Shown here: positions 18,484 through 25,969 of the stretch, one piece after another | Numbering within the stretch: the stretch's first letter is position 1 | How the letters are laid out: the number at the start of each line of letters is the position of its first letter | Origin: Longivirga aurantiaca | Lineage (GTDB): Bacteria > Actinomycetota > Actinomycetes > S36-B12 > CAIYMF01 | Direction of reading: 5' to 3' | Assembly: GCF_042660085.1 (NCBI RefSeq) | Contig: NZ_JBHSTI010000008.1 | Coordinates: forward strand, 450,001-482,000 | DNA: 32,000 nt | Notes under the pieces: generated by a model | What the model saw: the letters and a program-made list of their open reading frames with translations, nothing else | The model's database searches: none | Told to the model about the DNA's origin: nothing | Program-made: the position numbers and the translations under genes

Positions 18484-21129
18484 CTAGGCGCCCACTGCGA
18501 CGAATGTGCCCGCGACCACCCCGGCGGCGGGCTCCTCGGCACCCAGTGATCCCCTCACGCGCTGCAGGGCTTCGTCCGGGGCGTGCCCCTGCGCCAGTTC
18601 CCGGTGCAGGCTCGTCATCACCAGGGCGGTGAGCCCGTCGGGCACGGCTACAGGAGAGGCCACGACCGTCCGGGCTCCGACGCCGAGCGCGATCGCGGCG
18701 AGCCCGAGCACCTCCTCGCCGGCGACCGCGGCCCCGGCGGCGGCGCTGCACGCCGAGAGCACCACCACCGACGGCGCGCGCACCCAGGATGCGATGTCGT
18801 AGCCGCAGAGCGGACCGTCCGCAAGCGTCAGGGACGAGAAGAGCGGGTTGTCCCGGCGCAGAAGCCCGTGGGCCGCCAGGTGGAGGACGTCGACCTCCCG
18901 GGCGGCACGGCTGACGGCCGCGGTCGTGGCGTCCGCCGCGAGCGTCGCCGTCGCCTGCCGGTGGAGGCGGCTGACGGAAGTGCACTCGGCCTCCGCCGCG
19001 GGGAGGCCCGGACCGGCCAGTGCGGCCACCTTCCTGATCCGTTGCGGACCCACGTTCCGGGCGCGGTGCCACGAGGTCGCCGACGGCGCGATGGTCAGGT
19101 CAGCGCCGGCGATCGATGGCGCGATGGACCACGGGACGCCACCCAACGCGGAACCTGGGCAGATGGTGACCTTTCTGGCGCCTGCCACGGCTGCGAGCGG
19201 GGCGAGGATGAGCGAGTCCAGGCGTCGGACCAGGCGATGCAGCTCGACCGCCTGATCGAGCGCGGGCCGTGACGGCGACGCCCGCACCACGCGCCTGAGG
19301 GCGAAGGCGATCGACCGCTCGAGCCCGAGGACTTCGGCTGCTGCGCCCAGCCTGTGCGCCCCCGTCCCGTTCCGCGTGGTGGTGGTCGCGTGGATCTCCC
19401 CTTTCCAGCTGAAGAACTGCACGAAGACACCATCGCCGACGGCGGAGCGGGCCACCTCGGCGCCGATGACGTCGTGGTCTCCGTCCGCCGCTGCACGGCG
19501 GCGGGTCAGGCGGCGGACCTCACGTTCCGCAGCACGCACCGGGGAGGGGGACAGGCGGTCCCCGGCCGCTCGGGCCTCGGCCTCTTCGCTCTTGGCCCAG
19601 CGCCATCGCGTGAGTGCTGCGGCGACCTCGGGGTCGGGAGCCGGGCGCGCGGCGGGGTGGCGCAGCACGGCAGACCGGCCTCGTTCCACCCAGTCGAAGG
19701 CCTGCTCGGCGCAGCCCGCGTCGAGGGCCCGGCCGAGGCCCAGCTCCACGATGCGCCCGGACCGCGCGGCTGCGCCAGCGACGAGATCGACCGACCCCAG
19801 CGCAGCGTGAGCGTCGTCAGCCAGCGACCAGGCGCGGAGCAGCTGCCGCTGGGCTCTGCCGGTGTCGCCTGCCCAGCCGGCCCGCAGCGAGCGTGCGAGT
19901 GCCACCGTCGAGCGCCGTTCCCAGTCGCCGGCCGCCGGGCGACGTGACTCGACAGGCTCGAGCAGCTGCAGGGCGTCGGCGGGAGAGCGTGCGTGCATCG
20001 CCATCGCCGCGGACACGCGGAGATCGTCGGACTCGCGCGGCCAGTGGTTCTCCTCGAGCATCGCCACCAGTCGTTCGATCGACCGGGTCGTCGGCGCGGA
20101 ACGGGATCGCCGCAGCTGCGCCGACATCGCCACGTACTCGGCCATGGCCGTCCACTCGGGCCGGCCCTGGCGCCGTACCAGCCGGCGGGCCTCCTGGGCG
20201 GCGGCGACGACCGCGTCCAGGTCGGGCTCGCGATCCGACAGCAGGGCCGACGCGAGACTCAGCCAGCTCTCTGCCTCCAAGGCATTCCAGCCTCGGGACT
20301 GCAGCAGCGCTATGGCGCGTCGAGCGTCGGCGACGGCCTCGGCAGACAGACCCGCACGAGTGAGCACCTCGGCGCGCCCGGCCCAGTACTCGGGGCGGTC
20401 GAGATCCCCCCACTCCTCTGCGGAGGCGTCCAGGTTCCGGAGCGCCTGCGGTACGTCGCCTGCCATGCCGTACAGGTATCCGATGTTGTAGAGCACGTCG
20501 GCCGCATCGTTCCTCCGCCCTTCGGCGAGGAAGATCTCGCGGGCTCCTGTGAAGTCTGCGACTGCCCGGGCCGTCTCGCCGCGGGTCGCGAGCAGGATGC
20601 CCCGGTTGTTGAGCAGGCGGCTCTCCCACACCGTGTCGCGCGCACGGCGCACGGCCGGCAATGCCACGGCGTACTCGGCCAGCGCGTCGTCACCGTGGCC
20701 GGACCGCTGCAGCGACATGGCCCGGATGATCCGCAGCCGGTACGTCGTCTCCCCTCGAGAGTCCCGCAGCGCTCGCGTCGTGAGCGCCACGGCCTGGCCC
20801 ATCCGGCCGCGCTCCATGAGGACGTACGCGAGGCTCATCCGTGCTTCAGCCCCGACGTCCGGCCGCTCGTGCCGGTCGGCGATGCGCACCGCTCGGCGCA
20901 TCCGGCCCTCTGCCGTCTCGATCTCGCTCAGCTCCCGGAGCGCCAGCCCGGCCGCGCGATGGGCGGTGACGACGGCGCGGATTCCTTCTGCCGCAAGCGG
21001 TCTCGGGATCGCGGCGACGACGGCGTCTGCCACGGCGAGCGCAGCACGCGGGTCGCGGCCTACCTCGTCCAAGGCGTGCTCGGCCCGGGCGACGACGTCA
21101 TCGACGGCGTCGACGGCGCCCTCGGTCAT
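18484..21129 (-). CDS. TPR-repeat plus C-terminal CHAT (caspase-like) protease domain protein (881 aa)
   Basis: TPR-like helices in the N-terminal two thirds (AEGRMRRAVRIADRHERPDVGAEARMSLAYVLMERGRMGQAVALTTRAL; NDAADVLYNIGYLYGMAGDVPQALRNLD). C-terminal CHAT signature EVDVLHLAAHGLLRRDNPLFSSLTL (H754, codon 18868-18870) and VVVLSACSAAAGAAVAGEEVLGLAAIALGVGARTVVASP (C794, codon 18748-18750). Confidence 0.94.
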   Translation of the reverse strand: MTEGAVDAVDDVVARAEHALDEVGRDPRAALAVADAVVAAIPRPLAAEGIRAVVTAHRAAGLALRELSEIETAEGRMRRAVRIADRHERPDVGAEARMSLAYVLMERGRMGQAVALTTRALRDSRGETTYRLRIIRAMSLQRSGHGDDALAEYAVALPAVRRARDTVWESRLLNNRGILLATRGETARAVADFTGAREIFLAEGRRNDAADVLYNIGYLYGMAGDVPQALRNLDASAEEWGDLDRPEYWAGRAEVLTRAGLSAEAVADARRAIALLQSRGWNALEAESWLSLASALLSDREPDLDAVVAAAQEARRLVRRQGRPEWTAMAEYVAMSAQLRRSRSAPTTRSIERLVAMLEENHWPRESDDLRVSAAMAMHARSPADALQLLEPVESRRPAAGDWERRSTVALARSLRAGWAGDTGRAQRQLLRAWSLADDAHAALGSVDLVAGAAARSGRIVELGLGRALDAGCAEQAFDWVERGRSAVLRHPAARPAPDPEVAAALTRWRWAKSEEAEARAAGDRLSPSPVRAAEREVRRLTRRRAAADGDHDVIGAEVARSAVGDGVFVQFFSWKGEIHATTTTRNGTGAHRLGAAAEVLGLERSIAFALRRVVRASPSRPALDQAVELHRLVRRLDSLILAPLAAVAGARKVTICPGSALGGVPWSIAPSIAGADLTIAPSATSWHRARNVGPQRIRKVAALAGPGLPAAEAECTSVSRLHRQATATLAADATTAAVSRAAREVDVLHLAAHGLLRRDNPLFSSLTLADGPLCGYDIASWVRAPSVVVLSACSAAAGAAVAGEEVLGLAAIALGVGARTVVASPVAVPDGLTALVMTSLHRELAQGHAPDEALQRVRGSLGAEEPAAGVVAGTFVAVGA

Positions 21130-21135
21130 CGCGAT

Positions 21136-21591
21136 CTAGACCGTGATCCAAGCGGTCGTGACGCGACCGCCGTCAGGCCTGGTCAGCTCGAGCCGGAGCG
21201 GACCGCCGGTCGGCAGCTCGAGGTCGAAGTGCCCGTCCTCGAGAACGACGGTGAGGCGGTGACCAGTCAGGACGACGACGACCTCGCCGGCTGCACCGAC
21301 CGCGACGCCGTGGATCCGGACGCGACCGGTCACGGGGTCGGTGTCGACGTCGAGCTCGATCGTGATGTCGCCGCAGACGAAGGAGAGCATGCGCACGTCC
21401 GCGACCAGCGCCCGCGTGAGCACCGCTGGCTCGTCGACCCACGAGTCGGCCACGAGCTCGGCCAGCTCGGAGTCGAGGCTTCGCAAGGCGAACAGGGACT
21501 TCGCGTCGGCGATCACATGCTCGGGAACGGCGTCGGCCTCCGACGTGACGTCGCGCAGCCGGGACTCGAAGGCGTCCTCGGACGTGGTCAT
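21136..21591 (-). CDS. Conserved-looking hypothetical protein (151 aa) between the sigma factor and CHAT genes
   Basis: N-terminal helical part VPEHVIADAKSLFALRSLDSELAELVADS, C-terminal beta-rich part ITIELDVDTDPVTGRVRIHGVAVGAAGEVVVVLTGHRLTVVLEDGHFDLELPTGGPLRLELTRPDG; start overlaps the sigma stop (TCA/CAT at 21588-21591); 6 bp from the CHAT start. Confidence 0.88.
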   Translation of the reverse strand: MTTSEDAFESRLRDVTSEADAVPEHVIADAKSLFALRSLDSELAELVADSWVDEPAVLTRALVADVRMLSFVCGDITIELDVDTDPVTGRVRIHGVAVGAAGEVVVVLTGHRLTVVLEDGHFDLELPTGGPLRLELTRPDGGRVTTAWITV

Positions 21592-22214
21592 GACTCACCC
21601 CCGGTCGACAGTGCTGCGTCGGTCACATCGACCACGTCGTCGGGGTCGAGCGCGCCGCTCTGCAGGGCCAGTGTGCGCAGCTTGGCGAGGCAGCGTGCGC
21701 GAGTCGGCCCGATCGAGCCGATCGGCATGTCGAGTGCATCGGCGATCTCGGCGTACGCCGGCGGTGGGTCCGCGACGAGGACGCGCAGCAACCGGCGGCA
21801 CGGATCGGGGAGCTCGTCGAACACCTGCCAGAGCGCGGCATCGCGCTCGGCCACGAGCATCGCCGACTCGACGGGTGCGCGCTGATCGGGCACCCGGTCC
21901 AGCCACTCGTCGGCCGGCACCGGTGGTTCGCGGTGGGAACGCTTGAGCACGAGGAGGCACTCGCGTCGCGCCACGACCGCGAGCCAGCCTCCGAGTCGCT
22001 CGGGCTCCTGGATCCGGTCGAGGTTCTCCAGCAGCCGCAGCCAGGTGGTCTGGACGATGTCGGCGCAGTCGGTCGCGGAGAGGCGGTGAGTCCGTGCCGT
22101 GGCCCACAGCAGGCCGGTGAACCGGTCGACGAGGGAGTCCCAGGCGACGGAGTCGCCCGCCGCCGCTGCCGCGAGCAGCGGCGCGACGGGTTCGTCGTAG
22201 GCGCTGGAGACCAT
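21588..22214 (-). CDS. Sigma-70 family, ECF-like RNA polymerase sigma factor (208 aa)
   Basis: VAWDSLVDRFTGLLWATARTHRLSATDCADIVQTTWLRLLENLDRIQEPERLGGWLAVVARRECLLVLKR (region 2); WQVFDELPDPCRRLLRVLVADPPPAYAEIADALDMPIGSIGPTRARCLAKLR (region 4); start at CAT 22212-22214 with RBS gggagggg. Confidence 0.92.
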   Translation of the reverse strand: MVSSAYDEPVAPLLAAAAAGDSVAWDSLVDRFTGLLWATARTHRLSATDCADIVQTTWLRLLENLDRIQEPERLGGWLAVVARRECLLVLKRSHREPPVPADEWLDRVPDQRAPVESAMLVAERDAALWQVFDELPDPCRRLLRVLVADPPPAYAEIADALDMPIGSIGPTRARCLAKLRTLALQSGALDPDDVVDVTDAALSTGGES

Positions 22215-22274
22215 GGCCCCTCCCTGATCGGAGTATCGCGCTCGAACTGCGTGCAGGCCAGGGGATTCACGTCG

Positions 22275-22309
22275 AGATGGGCCGGGACGCATCTCGTCCC
22301 GGCCCATCT
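22275..22309. terminator. Strong hairpin between the orphan membrane-protein gene and the sigma-factor operon; candidate terminator or attenuator
   Basis: AGATGGGCCGGGACG-CATCT-CGTCCCGGCCCATCT, 15-bp perfect arms with a 5-nt loop. Confidence 0.8.
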
Positions 22310-22353
22310 GCCGACCCCCGAGTGGATCAGTCGAGGGCCACCTGTTGCGGTGA

Positions 22354-22941
22354 TCAGCCTGTGGCGTGGGCGCCGAAGTAGTGGCGCTCGATGGCCTCGG
22401 CCCAGGAGGGGTCGTCGTACGGCGGGACGAAGCGGTCGTTCCACACCGTGCGCTCGCCGCCCGAGGGCTGGGCCTGGTAGCCGTTCGACCGCGGCACCTG
22501 CGAGTCCAGCACGCTGGAGTAGCCGGTCGTGCCGGTGAACGCGTACGAGCGGTGGAGTCCGCCGACCTGCTGGCCGATGACGCTGGTCGGCACGACGGCA
22601 GCCGCAGCGACGGTCCCCGCGTAGTTGCCCTGCGTCTTGGCGAGCCGGTCGAGCCGCGCCTCGGACTTCAGCCGCGCGGCGATGCCGGCGCGCTCCGCGA
22701 CGTCCAGGCCGCCGGACCTGGACCGGGCGAGCGCGGCGCGCTGCTGCGCCTCGAGCGCGTCGGGGCCGCCGGCCCGCGGCGCGGACGACACCGCAGGGGT
22801 GCTCGTCGTCGCCGTGAACGACAACCGGGGGACGACGACTGCGGACACTGCGACCAGCGTGACGACGCCGATGCCGACGAGCAGCGGGGTCTTGCCGAGC
22901 GACGACGGCGTGGCGGTCGGGGTGGCGGTGATCGTGGACAT
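22354..22941 (-). CDS. Membrane-anchored or exported protein of unknown function (195 aa)
   Basis: MSTITATPTATPSSLGKTPLLVGIGVVTLVAVSAVVVPRLSFTATTSTPA: one N-terminal TM; C-terminal SYAFTGTTGYSSVLDSQVPRSNGYQAQPSGGERTVWNDRFVPPYDDPSWAEAIERHYFG; RBS-like gagagga before the ATG. Confidence 0.78.
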   Translation of the reverse strand: MSTITATPTATPSSLGKTPLLVGIGVVTLVAVSAVVVPRLSFTATTSTPAVSSAPRAGGPDALEAQQRAALARSRSGGLDVAERAGIAARLKSEARLDRLAKTQGNYAGTVAAAAVVPTSVIGQQVGGLHRSYAFTGTTGYSSVLDSQVPRSNGYQAQPSGGERTVWNDRFVPPYDDPSWAEAIERHYFGAHATG

Positions 22942-23008
22942 GGTGGTTCCTCTCGGGGGTTGTACGCGGTGCGGGGTGAGGTCCTGCCGGAGCGGGACCG
23001 GGGGCCGA

Positions 23009-23176
23009 TCAGGCGAAGGCGGGCCGAGCCCGGCGCAGGAGCTCGAGCCAGCCGACGAGGCGCACGGGGGGCCGCCACGCCGGCAGCTGGCCGGGCTCGG
23101 TGGACAGGCGGGCCAGAAGGGCATCCGGGCGAGCCTCGGGCCGGGGAAGGGGGTTCGGGCCGGCTGTGCTGCTCAT
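23009..23176 (-). CDS. Possible 55-aa small ORF
   Basis: MSSTAGPNPLPRPEARPDALLARLSTEPGQLPAWRPPVRLVGWLELLRRARPAFA, with Shine-Dalgarno AGAGGAG five bases upstream of the ATG on the minus strand. No recognised family. Confidence 0.4.
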   Translation of the reverse strand: MSSTAGPNPLPRPEARPDALLARLSTEPGQLPAWRPPVRLVGWLELLRRARPAFA

Positions 23177-23196
23177 GGCTGCTCCTCTGGTCTGCA

Positions 23197-23214
23197 CCGG
23201 CTCGGTGGAGCCGG
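23197..23214. repeat. Hairpin upstream of the 55-aa ORF
   Basis: CCGGCTC-GGTG-GAGCCGG, 7-bp perfect arms. Confidence 0.4.
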
Positions 23215-23327
23215 ACACCTGGGAAGAGCGGCAGACGGGCGTCCTGATACACCCCACGGCGATCGGCACGGGGCAGTGGGTGGCGCCGCATAGCCTGGGC
23301 GGCACCTTGACTGGGCGAGGAGGCTCG

Positions 23328-23678
23328 ATGGCTGACGCTGACGACGTGCGCCGCATCGCGCTCGGCCTCGCAGGTGTCGAGGAGATCGACAGCGCAGGGT
23401 TCGACTTCCGCGTGGGAGGCAAGGGCTTCGTGTGGTCCTACCCCGATCGCGAGGGCGGGCGCCGCGTGATCCGCACCGACGTCGCCGTCCTCTACGTCGG
23501 CGACGAGGCCGAGAAGCAGGCGCTGCTGCTCGGGGAGCCGGGCATCTTCTTCACCGCCCCGGGGTACGACGGCTGGGCAGTCGTGATGTGCCGGCTCGAG
23601 AAGGTCGGCGTACGTCGTCTGCGCGAGCTCGTCACCGATGCGTGGCGGATGCGGGCGCCGGAGCTCGACGCGCGCTAG
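23328..23678 (+). CDS. MmcQ/YjbR-family protein
   Basis: MADADDVRRIALGLAGVEEIDSAGFDFRVGGKGFVWSYPDREGG...EKQALLLGEPGIFFTAPGYDGWAVVMCRLEKVGVRRLRELVTDAWRMRAP; gagg RBS upstream. Confidence 0.85.
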   Translation: MADADDVRRIALGLAGVEEIDSAGFDFRVGGKGFVWSYPDREGGRRVIRTDVAVLYVGDEAEKQALLLGEPGIFFTAPGYDGWAVVMCRLEKVGVRRLRELVTDAWRMRAPELDAR

Positions 23679-23679
23679 C

Positions 23680-24684
23680 TCAGCCGAGCAGCGGTGGCCT
23701 GCGTGGGAGGTCGGCCTCGAACACCTCGAGCAGCCATTCGGGCATGGCGTCGCCGTACTCCCGCCACGCGGGCTCGTCGACGTTCGTCAGGGCCTGCCGG
23801 TACGACAGCGACCGCGTCAACGGCCCCACCCGCTGCGCCAGCGAGACGAGGCGCCGCAGCGTGGGCCGGTCGTGCAAGTCGGTCCACGCGTCGGTGTAGG
23901 CGTCGACGACGAGCCCGAAGGCGGGGTCGTCCGGCGCGAGCTTGTGGTGGAAGGCGATCGAGTTCAGCGTCGCGAGCATCGTGCCGAACGGGTGGCCGAC
24001 GCAGGAGTCGCCCCAGTCGATGATCACCGGGCCGCGCGCGAGGATGTTCGAGTCGTGCAGGTCGTCGTGCTGCAGGGTCGGCGCGATGCCCGAAGCCTCG
24101 AGCTCGGCACAGGCCTCGGCGTACGCCGGCAGCACGGCGCGCAGCCGCGCGGCGTCCTCCCGGCTGAGCGCTGCGGGCGCCCGCTCGGCCTCGAGGACGG
24201 CGATGGTCTGCTCGAGCAGCCGCGGCATGCGGGTGGGCCGCAGGTCGCCGACCCCGAGCGCCACGATCGCGTCGACGTGGGGCTCGGTCAGGCGCTGCAG
24301 ATGGGCGTAGAGCGCGAGGTGGTCGGCCATGCGCTCGGGCGGCGTCGTGCCTCCGTACGCCACGCGGGAGACCTCGCCGCCGTCGGGCAGCAGGACCAGG
24401 CCACGATCGAGGTCGTGGGCGAGCGGGCGCGGCACGTGCGGGAGGTCGAGCTCGGCCAGCAGCACGAGCAGGGGCACCTCGAACAGCGCGCCGTCGCCCG
24501 GAGCCTTGAGCCACACGGGATCGGCGTCGGTCTCGAGCCGTAGCGCGGTCGACCACGGCCGCGCGTGCGGCTGGGTCCATGCGCGCAGCGTGAGGCCGTG
24601 CGGCGCCAGCGCTCGAGCTCCCCACTCGAGGGTGTCCTCGAGCCATTCCGTGCTGGCCCAGCGGCCGGGGGTGGGGGCCTTCAC
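23680..24684 (-). CDS. Aminoglycoside phosphotransferase (APH)-fold protein
   Basis: TLQHDDLHDSNILARGPVIIDWGDSCVGHPFGTMLA carries catalytic HDDLHDSN and IIDWGDS motifs; GTG start VKAPTPG at 24684. Confidence 0.87.
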   Translation of the reverse strand: MKAPTPGRWASTEWLEDTLEWGARALAPHGLTLRAWTQPHARPWSTALRLETDADPVWLKAPGDGALFEVPLLVLLAELDLPHVPRPLAHDLDRGLVLLPDGGEVSRVAYGGTTPPERMADHLALYAHLQRLTEPHVDAIVALGVGDLRPTRMPRLLEQTIAVLEAERAPAALSREDAARLRAVLPAYAEACAELEASGIAPTLQHDDLHDSNILARGPVIIDWGDSCVGHPFGTMLATLNSIAFHHKLAPDDPAFGLVVDAYTDAWTDLHDRPTLRRLVSLAQRVGPLTRSLSYRQALTNVDEPAWREYGDAMPEWLLEVFEADLPRRPPLLG

Positions 24685-24703
24685 CCCGTCATGCTGCCCG
24701 AGG

Positions 24704-25843
24704 TCAGAGCCTGCCCGCAGGGGTGATTCCGAGCGACATCCCGGCGAGACCGCGGGCGCGCGTGCCGAGGCGGGTCGCGACCTCGGTGAGGACGGTCGAG
24801 GCCGGGGCGTCGGGGTCGGACGCGACGAGCGGCGTGCCGTTGTCGCCGCCCTCGCGCAGGCGCACGTCGAACGGCACCCGTCCGAGCAGCGGCACGTCGG
24901 TGCCGAGCTCACGCGTGAGGGTCTCGGACACCATCTGCCCGCCGCCGGAGCCGAAGAGGTCCATCGGCTCACCGCAGTGCGGGCAGGGGAAGGACGACAT
25001 GTTCTCGACGACGCCGGCGAGGCGCTGCTTGGTCTGCTGCGCGAGCATGCCCGCGCGGATCGCCACCTCGGCCGCCGCGGTCTGCGGCGTCGTCACGACG
25101 ACGAGCTCGGCCTGGGGCAGCAGCTGCGCGGTGGAGATGGCGACGTCGCCGGTGCCCGGGGGCAGGTCGAGCAGCAGGACGTCGAGGTCGCCCCACCACA
25201 CGTCGGCGAGGAACTGCTGCAGCGCGCGGTGCAGCATCGGGCCGCGGAACGCGACGGGTTGCGAGACGCCACCGGGCTTGAACGCCAGCATCGAGATCAC
25301 GCGGACGCCGTACGCCTGCGGCGGCATGATCATGCCCTCGACCATCGTCGGCGGCTCGGTCGCGCCGAGCAGGCGCGGGATCGAGTGGCCGTAGATGTCG
25401 GCGTCGACGAGGCCGACGGACAGGCCCTGCATCGCCATCGCGACCGCCAGGTTGGCGGTGACCGACGACTTGCCGACGCCGCCCTTGCCCGAGGCGACGG
25501 CGTACATGCGGGTGAGGTTGCCGGGCTTGGTGAACACGATCTCGCGCTCGTCATGGCCGACGAGCGAGGCCCGCAGCTCCTTGCGCTGCTCCTCGTTCAT
25601 CACGTCGAGCTCGACCTCGACGGCGCTGACCCCGGGGACGGCGCCGACGGCCTCGACCACGCGCGAGGTGATGGTGTCGCGCATCGGGCAGCCGGAGACG
25701 GTGAGCCAGACGGCCACACGCGCGACGCCGTCGACGACCTCGCGCGACTTCACCATCTTGAGATCGGTGATCGGGCGGCGGATCTCGGGGTCCTCGACCG
25801 TCGCGAGGGCAGCATCGATCAGGTCGAGCAACGTCTGGGACAT
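24704..25843 (-). CDS. mrp: Mrp/NBP35-family P-loop iron-sulfur cluster carrier ATPase
   Basis: N-terminal MIP18/DUF59-like domain; YAVASGKGGVGKSSVTANLAVAMAMQGLSVGLVDADIYGHSIPRLLG; ENMSSFPCPHCGEPMDLFGSGGG. Confidence 0.96.
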   Translation of the reverse strand: MSQTLLDLIDAALATVEDPEIRRPITDLKMVKSREVVDGVARVAVWLTVSGCPMRDTITSRVVEAVGAVPGVSAVEVELDVMNEEQRKELRASLVGHDEREIVFTKPGNLTRMYAVASGKGGVGKSSVTANLAVAMAMQGLSVGLVDADIYGHSIPRLLGATEPPTMVEGMIMPPQAYGVRVISMLAFKPGGVSQPVAFRGPMLHRALQQFLADVWWGDLDVLLLDLPPGTGDVAISTAQLLPQAELVVVTTPQTAAAEVAIRAGMLAQQTKQRLAGVVENMSSFPCPHCGEPMDLFGSGGGQMVSETLTRELGTDVPLLGRVPFDVRLREGGDNGTPLVASDPDAPASTVLTEVATRLGTRARGLAGMSLGITPAGRL

Positions 25844-25902
25844 GCCCTGATGCTACGTGCGGTGCCGATGCCCGGCAGAACCGCCTCCGCCCTGGACGGA
25901 CG

Positions 25903-25964
25903 CGAGTTACTGCCCAAATGCACGTTGAGCTCGGCCGCTCAGCGTGCATTTGGGCAGTAACTCG
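25903..25964. repeat. 62-bp palindromic intergenic element, copy B
   Basis: CGAGTTACTGCCCAAATGCACG (22 bp) and CGTGCATTTGGGCAGTAACTCG are perfect inverted arms, with a further TGAGC/GCTCA pairing inside; same 62-bp length and identical outer 14-19 bp as copy A. Confidence 0.93.
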
Positions 25965-25969
25965 GAGGG

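Noticed and set aside
18119-21946. Long ORFs on the alternate frames and opposite strand of the CHAT operon (e.g. 18119..19072, 19993..21885)
   Set aside because: Arg/Pro/Gly-rich low-complexity translations typical of high-GC shadow ORFs; the CHAT, 151-aa and sigma frames have clear domain motifs.
23680-24684. APH-fold gene as an antibiotic resistance determinant
   Set aside because: The fold alone does not indicate aminoglycoside substrates; many housekeeping kinases share HDDLHxxN and DW motifs.
7273-25964. Interpreting the two 62-bp palindromes as ends (terminal inverted repeats) of one 18.7-kb mobile element
   Set aside because: The interval contains core housekeeping genes (folP2, tag, sigE, htrA, tatB, mrp) and no transposase; each copy is itself a complete palindrome.
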